The notes under the pieces: generated by a model | What the model saw: only the letters and a program-made list of their open reading frames with translations | Database searches by the model: none | Told to the model about the DNA's origin: nothing | Translations under genes and position numbers: made by a program | Part shown: positions 37,274 to 46,210 of the stretch, piece by piece | Numbering within the stretch: position 1 is the first letter of the stretch | Layout: each line of letters starts with the position of its first letter | Source: a virus | Direction: 5' to 3' (one strand) | Length of the DNA stretch: 64,000 nt | Virus record (IMG/VR): IMGVR_UViG_3300039210_000244 | Span: 20,462-84,461 of that record

Positions 37274-37630
37274 TCAGAGGGTTTCAGGTTGAACGCGATC
37301 AGGAATGGCCGGCAGTGGCATCCACGCTTCAGGCGGACTCACGCGCTGCTCACGCGTTCCCCGGGCACCGGTCGTTCGCCAATACGGCGCCGGCCTATTG
37401 GCATACTTGTCGTCATCCCATTCCGCGAGCTCGTGGTAGCCTTTGAATGGTGTTCGGACGAGCACGAGGATTCGTGTTCCATCCCTCGGCGCAGAGTCCA
37501 TCGGTTGCCAAGGCGGAGGCAACGCGCAGGGCTTTTTCGCGAACAGAAAAGCGAACTCCGGCCGCGTGAAATGCTCGATGATCTTGGCCGCGACTAGACC
37601 GTGAGGATCTTTGGGGTCGAAGTGACTCAC
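37274..37630 (-). CDS. DUF551-like protein
   Basis: WQPMDSAPRDGTRILV...WMPLP. Confidence 0.7.
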   Translation of the reverse strand: MSHFDPKDPHGLVAAKIIEHFTRPEFAFLFAKKPCALPPPWQPMDSAPRDGTRILVLVRTPFKGYHELAEWDDDKYANRPAPYWRTTGARGTREQRVSPPEAWMPLPAIPDRVQPETL

Positions 37631-38025
37631 GTTGGCACCTCCAATCCGCCGGTCGCATGACACCAAACCCGGCTGTGCGCCATCAGCGCCTCGTCGTTCT
37701 TCTTAATCTGCTGCCACAGCCCCTCCGCCCCGGCCCTATGGACGCTGCGCAGGATCTCATTGTGCCGGGCGCGTATGATGTTGTCGCTCGCGCGTAGCGC
37801 CGTCTCCAACGCCTCGATTCGGGCATGCAGCGTCGCCAGTTCGGCGACGTCCGCCGTTCGCTCTTTGTCTTTGGCGATGATCACGCGGGCGGACATTGCC
37901 AAGCCGTGCGTGGCCTCGATCAACTCGCGTTCGATCTTCTCGGCGAAGTCGAGGCATTCATGCGCCCAAAGGGCAACGAGTGGGACGCGCGCCCGCAGCC
38001 CGTCTGTTCGTGGTGTGCCGCTCAT
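37627..38025 (-). CDS. Coiled-coil hypothetical protein
   Basis: MSGTPRTD...FAEKIEREL; overlapping start and stop. Confidence 0.6.
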   Translation of the reverse strand: MSGTPRTDGLRARVPLVALWAHECLDFAEKIERELIEATHGLAMSARVIIAKDKERTADVAELATLHARIEALETALRASDNIIRARHNEILRSVHRAGAEGLWQQIKKNDEALMAHSRVWCHATGGLEVPT

Positions 38026-38357
38026 GGCGTGGCCTTTCGCGCGGCGGAGATCGTCAAGCGAGCCACCTCGGTCGCGAGTTTGTCGGCACTGTGACACGCA
38101 ACCTTGTACTGGCCCGCCCAACTTTCCGCGGCTTCGGTTGCCCGATCCGCCCGTGCTTTCTCTTCGGCGTATGCGTCGAGGCGTTGGGATGACCGCTCAC
38201 CGATTTCCCTGATGAAGTCTTCGGTCGAGTAGTCGCCTTCCAGCACGCTATGGCGCTGTGCGAGATGGTAGAGACTGCTCAGCCGGCCATACGCCTCGGC
38301 CAGAGCGCCTCCGTTCCAGGCTCGTTTGTACGCCTCGACGAATTGGACCGCGCTCAT
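38022..38357 (-). CDS. Hypothetical protein
   Basis: ATGA overlaps. Confidence 0.55.
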   Translation of the reverse strand: MSAVQFVEAYKRAWNGGALAEAYGRLSSLYHLAQRHSVLEGDYSTEDFIREIGERSSQRLDAYAEEKARADRATEAAESWAGQYKVACHSADKLATEVARLTISAARKATP

Positions 38358-39604
38358 GCGGTGTCCTTTTCGCTTCTCGTACGTAATGGGTTGTACTCCA
38401 CGAAGCCGAGCAACGCATCGCCGGAAAAGGTATCCACGATCGACGCGGCGACCTTCCGTCCGGTCAGAGCCTCGCAAATTCCGTTGATCAGACCGATCGG
38501 GCGAAGGGAGAAACCTACACCGGCGTCATCCACATAGCGAACCTGAATGGTCGGATGATTCGCCAGTACTTCGTTACAAGAAACACCCTTGTTCAGCAGC
38601 TCCATCACCGCCCGCGAATCGGCTTTGCACGCCTCGTTGAGTACACGAAGGAACGAGTCAAACGTATCGGCAGCGGGTCGATTCCGTTCGATTTTCGCCG
38701 CGTCTTCTAGGTAGCGAATGCGACCGCGTTGGCGCTCGATCTTTGCCCGCAGTTCGTCGTTCACCTTCCGTTCGGTCTGCAACTTCACGTCGTAGATGGT
38801 GGACTCAGTAATGGCCAACGCCTGACGGTTGTTGGCAGCCTCGACCTGCATGGCGATGTGCTCTTCGAGTGAGCAGAGGTCACGGCGCCAGTCCTTCTCA
38901 TCGTGCACGTAGCGGAATCGCTCACACAGCCGGGCGTGGAATGACTTGAACATGCCCAAAATAGCTTGGGCGTCGTTCTCTCGCTCGGCGGAACGTTGCA
39001 TCATTGCGGCCACGTCCGCGAGTGGGAATGGCTCATATCCCTCCTTACATGAAGCGATCATCGGGCTCGTGATTCCGCACTTCTTATCCGCCAGCGGCGC
39101 GCCCGGTCCGGGCGCCACGACGTTGCAGCCGGTCAACTCCTTCAGCGCCGTCGCCCATTGGGCATGTTTTTGCGTCCCTCGGAAGTGCGCATGGTTGTCG
39201 CCGTAGGCTCGGCAGAGCGCGAATCCCATCTCCCATGCGAGGCGCAGGAGATCCTCGTTAACGATACGCGCGGGCACCACGTCCGCAACCGCAGGTTCGC
39301 CGGCGGGACAAACGCGAAGCATATCCGCATGCGTCCGCAGCCGCCGCGGGCAGCCGTAGAGCACGAGCGCTCGGATCGCCAGCGCCGCACACTTGCGCAG
39401 CTCGTGGAGCGCCCTGTCGCCGGAGTGATACACATACGCGCCACGCGCGATCATCACCTGATCTTCGAGCGTCAGGATTTGGCCCTGCACTCCGTTGTCT
39501 TTGGCATCGGCGCGGCTCGTTCCGGCCATGCGGTTCTGGTGGGCGAGCTCTTCGTTCAGAGCTTCGATGACGCTGGGCGTCAGTTGTACGTTCACAGTGT
39601 CCAT
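38354..39604 (-). CDS. Multidomain accessory protein, MazG-like N-terminus possible
   Basis: ELAHQ...ELRKCAALAIRAL helical motif; class-I motif and GAA leader. Confidence 0.55.
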   Translation of the reverse strand: MDTVNVQLTPSVIEALNEELAHQNRMAGTSRADAKDNGVQGQILTLEDQVMIARGAYVYHSGDRALHELRKCAALAIRALVLYGCPRRLRTHADMLRVCPAGEPAVADVVPARIVNEDLLRLAWEMGFALCRAYGDNHAHFRGTQKHAQWATALKELTGCNVVAPGPGAPLADKKCGITSPMIASCKEGYEPFPLADVAAMMQRSAERENDAQAILGMFKSFHARLCERFRYVHDEKDWRRDLCSLEEHIAMQVEAANNRQALAITESTIYDVKLQTERKVNDELRAKIERQRGRIRYLEDAAKIERNRPAADTFDSFLRVLNEACKADSRAVMELLNKGVSCNEVLANHPTIQVRYVDDAGVGFSLRPIGLINGICEALTGRKVAASIVDTFSGDALLGFVEYNPLRTRSEKDTA

Positions 39605-39788
39605 AATCAGTTCGGGTTCAATTCGGGTTAACCAACACCAACAGGAAACCGAACGAGATCAGAGGACGCGCTAAATGTAAAGATAGAATGCGAGCACGAA
39701 CAAATATCGTGTATGTAATTCCGTGCGGTGGCGCCCTGCCATTTTTCTCCTATGAAGCCGCAAAACGCATGATTTCATAACTAACGAA

Positions 39789-41843
39789 TCACGCCATGAG
39801 CAGCACGTCATCATTCGACGCCATTTCCCACAACACCGTCACCGCGTCCACTTGGTCATCGTGCGTGCAGTTCGGGAACTGGCGGAGTTCGTCGAGGAAA
39901 TCCTGATTCCACAGCCCCTCGACGATAAACAAATTGTCGGCCGCGATCGTCGCCAGCCACGGCAGAGCACGCGTCTGCTTGTCCGCCGCCGGACGGTAGT
40001 CCTGCACGATCGCACGGCCAACCAGCGTTTCACGCAACTCCTGCGCTGCCACTTCCCAGCCTCTCACCGCCTCGATGCCAACACGTCCAACATTGTCCAC
40101 GTTCACCGCGTAGTTCGTAATGGTCTTCTTTTGGTCGGGCCACGCGCGTTTGTCCCGGTCGATGTGAACGATGTAGAGCTGCCTGAGCTCGACTTCTTCG
40201 CCGTTGTCCAGCTTGCGTTTCACCGTCCGAACACCGCCGTACACACCCACCGAGTAATCGGCCGCGGTCTTGATACTGATCGCCAAATCCCATCCGCGCA
40301 TCAGCTCCATGTCCGCCGGCACTTCGCTGCGCTTGATCTTCCGGACCCTGTTCACGTCGCACAAATTGCCGTCCGGTGGGTTCGGCCGCTGCTGGTACTG
40401 CGCATTCCACTCGAATGGTCCAACGATCAGCCGGCGTGCCTGTAGCTTGCCAACCGTCCAACGCTCCGGCCACAACGCCTCACCGGCCTTGCGGTGCATC
40501 GGGTCGGTCTCCGGGTTCTCGCAGATTGCCTCCATGTTCACGAGCTCGAACACCTCTTCAGGGAAACCCGCATCCTCCAGCTCCTTCACGCGCTTCGGAT
40601 CTTTCAGCCGGCCGATCAAATCGTCTTCGTGCCAACGCGTCTGGATCACGATCACCACGCCGTCAGGGCTCAGACGGTTGACCACCGTGCCAGTGAACCA
40701 ATTCCACACCTCGTCGCGCCGCGCCTGACTGTTCGCCTCTGCGCGATTCTTGATCGGGTCGTCGATTATGAAGCAATTATGAGTGAGGATTCCATTAGCG
40801 AAGAAGTTCTCAGTTCCTTCAACCTGAAGATTGAACACATCGGTGTCGCGGTATATTCGCTCAACCATGGCCACAGAATCACTGACCGTTTGGATTTCTG
40901 AGCAGCATGGAATTGCGTGTGACATTTCAGACAGAGCGTCACGAGGTTCGTTGGTCTGTGATCCGTCGGATCTAGATTGTTCGAGCAGTAGAATTCCATT
41001 AGCCCTCGCTTCAGATGCTTGTGCATCTCGTGCGGTTTTCTTGTCATCGGTTTTCGGCATCGCGAGCACGAGACGATCACCGGGGGCAAGTTCCATCGCC
41101 CGCGTGTATTCTTTTCCCGTGAAGAAAGGATGCTCTCCCGTAGCCTCAACCACTCGTCCAGAGGCAGTGCTAATTCTATAGATGGTCGCAGCTCGTCGAA
41201 AAGCAGTTGCTCTAACACGCCTCCAACACAGTCCTTCGGGTTCATGACTATATGATAACACATAAACGTCGCGTTGCGATATGTTTATATCCGAAATTGG
41301 GATGTTACCCTCGCTCGTTGTAATGAGCGTATCTGGTGTTAAACAATCTGCGCCTCTTCCGACACCGCCACCGCCGACGCCGGTCGCGAAGTACGCGCCG
41401 CCGTGAACCGTGCGCCAGAGCTTCGTCGTGTCGTGCGTTACGTCGATGACCTGCTCAGGAAAGAATCGCCGGCACCGTGCGCTGTTGAGCACGGCCTTGG
41501 TCTGGATCGAAAACTCTTCCGAGAGCTCAGCCGTGTAGCCGGCCTGGATGATTTCAAGCGCCATCTTCCGCGCGGCGGATTTGATATGTGCCCACGCAGG
41601 GAACATGACCGAAGTCGTGCGCGACTTGCCGTGACGCGGAGGAAACGAAATCGCCAGCCGCTTGATCTTTCCCGTGTAGCAGTCTTCCAGCTTCCGGCTC
41701 AGCAGCTCGTGACACGCGCCCGCGCGATACTTCGGATCGACCAATTCGGAGAATGCCGCCAGCGAATTGAGCGCCCCGTCCTTTAGCAGAAACTCCTGCT
41801 CACGCTGGAGCGTCTGCGGGTCGGTTGCGCTGGATACGCTCAT
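39789..41843 (-). CDS. terL: Terminase large subunit, intein-containing
   Basis: PPRHGKS Walker A; GRGAD|C-FIIDDP Walker B; IQTRWHEDDLIG; QYQQRP; GWDLA; FPNCTHDDQVDA. Confidence 0.95.
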   Translation of the reverse strand: MSVSSATDPQTLQREQEFLLKDGALNSLAAFSELVDPKYRAGACHELLSRKLEDCYTGKIKRLAISFPPRHGKSRTTSVMFPAWAHIKSAARKMALEIIQAGYTAELSEEFSIQTKAVLNSARCRRFFPEQVIDVTHDTTKLWRTVHGGAYFATGVGGGGVGRGADCLTPDTLITTSEGNIPISDINISQRDVYVLSYSHEPEGLCWRRVRATAFRRAATIYRISTASGRVVEATGEHPFFTGKEYTRAMELAPGDRLVLAMPKTDDKKTARDAQASEARANGILLLEQSRSDGSQTNEPRDALSEMSHAIPCCSEIQTVSDSVAMVERIYRDTDVFNLQVEGTENFFANGILTHNCFIIDDPIKNRAEANSQARRDEVWNWFTGTVVNRLSPDGVVIVIQTRWHEDDLIGRLKDPKRVKELEDAGFPEEVFELVNMEAICENPETDPMHRKAGEALWPERWTVGKLQARRLIVGPFEWNAQYQQRPNPPDGNLCDVNRVRKIKRSEVPADMELMRGWDLAISIKTAADYSVGVYGGVRTVKRKLDNGEEVELRQLYIVHIDRDKRAWPDQKKTITNYAVNVDNVGRVGIEAVRGWEVAAQELRETLVGRAIVQDYRPAADKQTRALPWLATIAADNLFIVEGLWNQDFLDELRQFPNCTHDDQVDAVTVLWEMASNDDVLLMA
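40766..41245 (-). CDS. Out-of-frame HNH-type endonuclease ORF nested in the intein, apparently internally deleted
   Basis: Alternative frame open across most of the intein: CSRC...FYCS and DPTDHRPTNLVTLCLKCHTQFH. Confidence 0.6.
   Translation of the reverse strand: MNPKDCVGGVLEQLLFDELRPSIELALPLDEWLRLRESILSSREKNTRGRWNLPPVIVSCSRCRKPMTRKPHEMHKHLKRGLMEFYCSNNLDPTDHRPTNLVTLCLKCHTQFHAAQKSKRSVILWPWLSEYTATPMCSIFRLKELRTSSLMESSLIIAS
40776..41345 (-). mobile_element. Intein (190 aa) inserted at the TerL Walker B
   Basis: Block A CLTPDTLI; block B ATGEHPF; block F VFNLQVEGTENFFANG; block G THN followed by +1 Cys. Confidence 0.92.
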
Positions 41844-42396
41844 AGTGTCGTTTCAAAAGATCGTCCTTCTCTATGTCGGTCATCCCGGTCGTATCCGTGG
41901 TCTCGGTCTGGATCGGCGCACCGTTCGGGCCGGAGTGCTCCGCCTTCACGAAGTTGCGCTGCCCCCACTTGTCCGGGTTCTTCCGCTCAAGGCGCCACGC
42001 CGCGGCCTGCCAGCTTTTGACGCTGGCTTTCTTGATCGTCACCACGTCGGACAGGTCCGCTTCAGCGACCGCTTTTTCAATTGCGTCAAGAAACTGCAGC
42101 AGGAGGCGCTGCTTCGAGCCGATGCGCTGCCTGCCGCCGCCAAGCTCTGCTTTCTTTATGTTCTCGCGTATATCGTTGGCGTCCTTGAACCACGTGAAGT
42201 AAGTCTGCTTTGACACGCCCGCGGCAATGGCCGCGGTTTCGATGTAGCTCCCCATGCGGACGTAGCTGACGATCGTGGCGATCAGCTCGGGTGAGAGCTT
42301 GGTTGGACGCCCTTCGCGAATGCGGGGAGCCCGTTTTGCTGCAGCTTTTGCCAAAGCTGGCGGGATTTCCGGCGTGCTGTTGGCTTCAGACGACAT
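41800..42396 (-). CDS. terS: Terminase small subunit
   Basis: GRPTKL...HTH AAIAAGVSKQTYFTW...WQAAAWRLER...EHSGPNGAPI. Confidence 0.85.
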   Translation of the reverse strand: MSSEANSTPEIPPALAKAAAKRAPRIREGRPTKLSPELIATIVSYVRMGSYIETAAIAAGVSKQTYFTWFKDANDIRENIKKAELGGGRQRIGSKQRLLLQFLDAIEKAVAEADLSDVVTIKKASVKSWQAAAWRLERKNPDKWGQRNFVKAEHSGPNGAPIQTETTDTTGMTDIEKDDLLKRHYERIQRNRPADAPA

Positions 42397-43189
42397 TGGG
42401 AGCGGGCGTTGAGGCTGGCTGATCCGTAGAGTCGGCCTGCGTTGACGTTGTGGCGGTGGCCAGCATCGAGGTGAGCTGATCGATCAGGGCGGACATCGCG
42501 ACGGCGGTGTTCTTGATGTTGTCCCGCCGCTTCTTCTCCATGATGGCCTTGAAGAGATCATCGTACTTGGCGAGCGGTGCGATATACACCTGCTTGGCGC
42601 CGACGAGCTCGGCCATCTTGTCGAGCAAGGCGTCGAAGTTCTTCACCTCGTCAGGGAGGAACCAAAGTGTGATTGCCTCCGTGCGGATCTGTTCGGCGCC
42701 GAAGCCTGCGAAGTTCACCTTGGAGATTTCGCCGAGCACCTTCGAGTCGAGACCCGAGTAGATGCGGTCGCTGATGTCGTCGATCTCGTGCCACAGCTCA
42801 ACGAGCAACTGCAGGTCATCCTGGCCAACGATCGCGTTGTGCGACAGCTGGACCGCGCGCTTCTTTCCGACCTTCAGCTCGTAGCTGAAGCAGAGAATGA
42901 TTATCTCCTTTACGCCGGCTTCGACCGCAGCTTTGACGCGGTGATTGCCTGAGATGATTTCGATACCGCCCGCATCAAGCTTGTGGCAGAGCGGGACGGA
43001 CTGGAGCGCGCCGTCGCCTTTGACGTTCTGCATCAGTTGGTCGAAGACCTCCTTTGGCATGTAACGCGCGTTCTTCCGTGTGGGCAGCAAATCAGCTGGA
43101 TTTACGACGAGCAGTTCGAGCTTGTCGCCGAAGATGCGCTTGCTGATTTCGGTCAGCTTCGCGTTCAGGGATTCGATGTCTTCATTCAT
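42386..43189 (-). CDS. ParB/Srx N-terminal domain protein
   Basis: KNARYM...IISGNHRVKAA...QLSHNAIVGQDD. Confidence 0.8.
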   Translation of the reverse strand: MNEDIESLNAKLTEISKRIFGDKLELLVVNPADLLPTRKNARYMPKEVFDQLMQNVKGDGALQSVPLCHKLDAGGIEIISGNHRVKAAVEAGVKEIIILCFSYELKVGKKRAVQLSHNAIVGQDDLQLLVELWHEIDDISDRIYSGLDSKVLGEISKVNFAGFGAEQIRTEAITLWFLPDEVKNFDALLDKMAELVGAKQVYIAPLAKYDDLFKAIMEKKRRDNIKNTAVAMSALIDQLTSMLATATTSTQADSTDQPASTPAPNVV

Positions 43190-44567
43190 TGGCTACGTCT
43201 TTCGATTTGAGGCTTTGCTGTTTCTGTAACCATTCGGCGTACAGGGCGCGCATCCGCTTCTGGCCGATGTGCGCATAATAATTGATGGACCACACTCCGC
43301 TGTCCGTCTTCTTACGGGAATGGAGCTTGAAGGCGCCGCGGTACTTCATCGACGCGGGGTTGTGCGAGAATGCGGTCGTGAAGATGAACTTCACCGACTG
43401 CATCGTTCGGTGTTCGAGCTCGGTCTGCATTTCCTTCGAGCAGAGCGCGGCGAGCACGAGTTTCGAGAGACGGGGATGATTCTCCAACGTCACCGGGAGA
43501 TCCGACATCAGGTAGAGGCACTGAGCTCCGATGTTCTGGCCCTCCACTACGGCGCCGAATGTCGGGAGTGACATCATGACCTGTCCAAAAACTTTCCCGT
43601 CGATCGCGAACACGTAGCAAAACTGGGCGCTCGCCGGCATCGGGATCACCGATGAGAACAGCTGTCGAAAGTAGTTCGCCTCTTTGAATGTGACTCGGTG
43701 GAACGTGATGCGCTCTTTCCCCGTGAGCGTGTCGGCGTCGGTGAGGCGTGGCCAGTTCGCCTCCGTGCACTCTACCTTCCGGCGGACGAGTAGCGGTTTC
43801 GCCGGGATGTTCGAATAAAGGAACACGTTTTTCGCCGCTCCGCGCGACGCCTGCGCGATCGGCTGCCCGACGATGGCCTCCACCGCGGCGTCGCGGTACT
43901 CGGTTCCGAGTGCCCACTTTCCTTTGATGCTCGTGATGAGCTTCGCGAAGTCCTCTTCCTGCCCAATATTCGTGTACGTCGGCTGATTCCACGACACGAC
44001 CGAATCGAGCCACTTGTAGAGCTTTTCGTAACCGCCCGAATATGTCGGCGGAAATGAAATGACGAACGTCTCTGGGTCGTCCTTGATCGAGTTGATGACT
44101 TCCACGCCATCCCGGGCATAGAAGCCGTCCAGCTTCACGAGCCCTTTCTTCTTCTCCAGTCGCTTGAGCGTGCCCTCGTAGAGCTGCTGAGCCTGCGAGA
44201 CTACCGCATGCCACATCCTTTTTTGAAATGCGTTCTTTCTCGGAGCGTGCTCGCTGAGATCGAGTAAGATTGCGACCGCCGCCGCTTGCCCGATGGGATC
44301 AGCGAACATCGGCCTGAATACTTCGAGCTCAGGATCGACGTTCGCCGCCAGCCGGATCACCAAGTCCTGTCCGGACAAATACGCGCCGAGGCTGCATGTG
44401 TAGAGCGATATGTCGCAGCCCTCCAGCCGCCCGGCGAATCCGTTCATCCGGAGCGTCGTCTCCAAGGTGAAGTTGCCAGAGCAAACGTTGATCGCTCTCG
44501 CCGGCAATTTCGGGATCAGGTCCAGCAAGATCGCCCGCGCGTTTGCATGCACAACACCTTTGAACAT
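43182..44567 (-). CDS. Putative DNA-modification enzyme: amino-MTase-like N-part plus GNAT/Mom-like C-part
   Basis: NVCSGNFTLE (motif I-like); ISFPPTYSGGYEKLY (motif IV-like); C-terminal YLMSD...RLSKLVL...TTAFS..P.SMKYRG. Confidence 0.55.
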   Translation of the reverse strand: MFKGVVHANARAILLDLIPKLPARAINVCSGNFTLETTLRMNGFAGRLEGCDISLYTCSLGAYLSGQDLVIRLAANVDPELEVFRPMFADPIGQAAAVAILLDLSEHAPRKNAFQKRMWHAVVSQAQQLYEGTLKRLEKKKGLVKLDGFYARDGVEVINSIKDDPETFVISFPPTYSGGYEKLYKWLDSVVSWNQPTYTNIGQEEDFAKLITSIKGKWALGTEYRDAAVEAIVGQPIAQASRGAAKNVFLYSNIPAKPLLVRRKVECTEANWPRLTDADTLTGKERITFHRVTFKEANYFRQLFSSVIPMPASAQFCYVFAIDGKVFGQVMMSLPTFGAVVEGQNIGAQCLYLMSDLPVTLENHPRLSKLVLAALCSKEMQTELEHRTMQSVKFIFTTAFSHNPASMKYRGAFKLHSRKKTDSGVWSINYYAHIGQKRMRALYAEWLQKQQSLKSKDVANE

Positions 44568-44698
44568 ATCGATTCTTTCGTTTCGGGTATCCTGCGGCGC
44601 TACTCGCCGTCAGGTGGCTAAAATGGAGCGGTGTTCTTTCCTTTCGGAAAGACCCTCCTCACTGGAAAGTGAGACGTGCCGGACACCGACACCGCGTA

Positions 44699-45136
44699 TT
44701 AACTAAACAGAAGATCTGTTTGCCCCTTGATCACCTTGCCGCAAGCCATTTCGCGTTTTTCCGCTGGGGGCAGTGGGAATTCGCTGACTTCGGCCATTTC
44801 ATTCTTCACCAAATAGTCGAGCAGCCAGCCGCGGTGACACGTGCACACGTCTTTCTCGTAGCACAGCAGAATCGATTGATCAGGGATCGAGTCGATGATC
44901 GTCTGCAGTTCGCCGGTGTTCTTCAGCAGATCCATCTGCTCAAAGTAATCCGCCTTCATGTCGCCCTTGAAGAGCCCCTGCTTCCAGACCTTGAACGAGC
45001 GCCAAACGAGTTTCGGTTGGTAGCTCTTCAGCTTCGCGCCCCACCACTGCGGGGCCATTGAGGCGATCCGGACCTGGAGTGCGGATTCGGGATATTTCTT
45101 CGCGGCTCCAAAGTAGCCGGTAAATAGTTTTTTCAT
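44699..45136 (-). CDS. DUF488-like protein
   Basis: FTGYFG...ILLCYEK....CHR..L. Confidence 0.7.
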   Translation of the reverse strand: MKKLFTGYFGAAKKYPESALQVRIASMAPQWWGAKLKSYQPKLVWRSFKVWKQGLFKGDMKADYFEQMDLLKNTGELQTIIDSIPDQSILLCYEKDVCTCHRGWLLDYLVKNEMAEVSEFPLPPAEKREMACGKVIKGQTDLLFS

Positions 45137-45225
45137 TTCGGGTTCGGGTATGGGTTGATGTTGTGACGTGACGCTAAAATGTAAAGACGAAAACGCTCAT
45201 TTTACGATTAACAGAGGTTTTGAGC

Positions 45226-45771
45226 TTATCCATTTGGTGAAGTGAAGTTTTTCAGCGCAGCGCAGCAGCGGTTCACAGCCTCTTCGATCGTGGGCGCCTC
45301 TTCCGACGTTTCAGAGTGAACGAGCGGCTGCGTCGGGTCGCTCCCGGTAATGCCTTTGAACTTGCTGGCGATCCAACCGTGCGTCAGCGCCGACGGTCGA
45401 ACAAGCAGACCGTACTGCTTGATTAACTCGATAGTCGTTTTCGACGCATCGACTTCCGGCGCCTCACTCTTTATTATGGACGACACATCGACGATGCCAT
45501 TCGTACGTTCGATTTCTGCAATGGCTTCAGGTGGAATCACTGTCGGGACTTCCGGCACGAAGATTTCCTCCCAGTCCTCCATCAACCCCGTCTCATTGCT
45601 GTCGAAAACGAGTTGGTGCCCCATGTGATCGAACAGGAAATCATTCAGCGCCTTGTCGTGCGCCTCTCCACGGTAGAGCGTTGTTGATTCGTTGCCGGAT
45701 GCCGCGCTGGCCTGCGCGATCCATACGTGTTTCCGGCACTGCCGGCATCCGATTGAGAATGTGCGACTCAT
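45226..45771 (-). CDS. Hypothetical Zn-ribbon protein
   Basis: CRQC...FLFDHMGH. Confidence 0.55.
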   Translation of the reverse strand: MSRTFSIGCRQCRKHVWIAQASAASGNESTTLYRGEAHDKALNDFLFDHMGHQLVFDSNETGLMEDWEEIFVPEVPTVIPPEAIAEIERTNGIVDVSSIIKSEAPEVDASKTTIELIKQYGLLVRPSALTHGWIASKFKGITGSDPTQPLVHSETSEEAPTIEEAVNRCCAALKNFTSPNG

Positions 45772-45971
45772 GGCTTGTTGAGACACTTCCCGGTTCTGCG
45801 ACATAGGTGGCAATCGCCATCGCCGTCATTGTCGTTCGGGCACCCGACTTGCGGCGCGAGTGTCATCACCACCTCACCCTTCGCCTCGAATGTGGCGATC
45901 GTGACGTGCTTATGGCCAGCGGCATCAGTCTTGACGTTGGCGAAAGAGACTCGGGCTTTCGGGATCTTCAT
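45768..45971 (-). CDS. Hypothetical protein
   Basis: CPNDNDGDGDCHLC; ATGA overlaps. Confidence 0.55.
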   Translation of the reverse strand: MKIPKARVSFANVKTDAAGHKHVTIATFEAKGEVVMTLAPQVGCPNDNDGDGDCHLCRRTGKCLNKP

Positions 45972-46210
45972 GATTTGATGAGTTTTGCTATTTCAACGTC
46001 ACCCTTACGCGGACGATATGCGTGGGAAGCGATCATCTCGCGCTCTCCGTTATCGTAGAAGATTTCAGCCACGCCATAGACGAAGCTCGGACTTCCGATC
46101 GGAACGACTCGCGCCACTTTCCTGAACGGCCCCCTCGACCAAGCGAGCCGACACATTTTGCCGGCCCACCAACCATTGTACCGAGCATCAGCCTTTGACA
46201 ATCCGCTCAT
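45968..46210 (-). CDS. Hypothetical protein
   Basis: ATGA overlaps. Confidence 0.5.
   Translation of the reverse strand: MSGLSKADARYNGWWAGKMCRLAWSRGPFRKVARVVPIGSPSFVYGVAEIFYDNGEREMIASHAYRPRKGDVEIAKLIKS

Noticed and set aside
43312-44214. 300-aa same-strand alternate-frame ORF in the modification gene
   Set aside because: Arg/Gly-rich off-frame pattern with no recognisable motif, unlike the ORF nested in the intein
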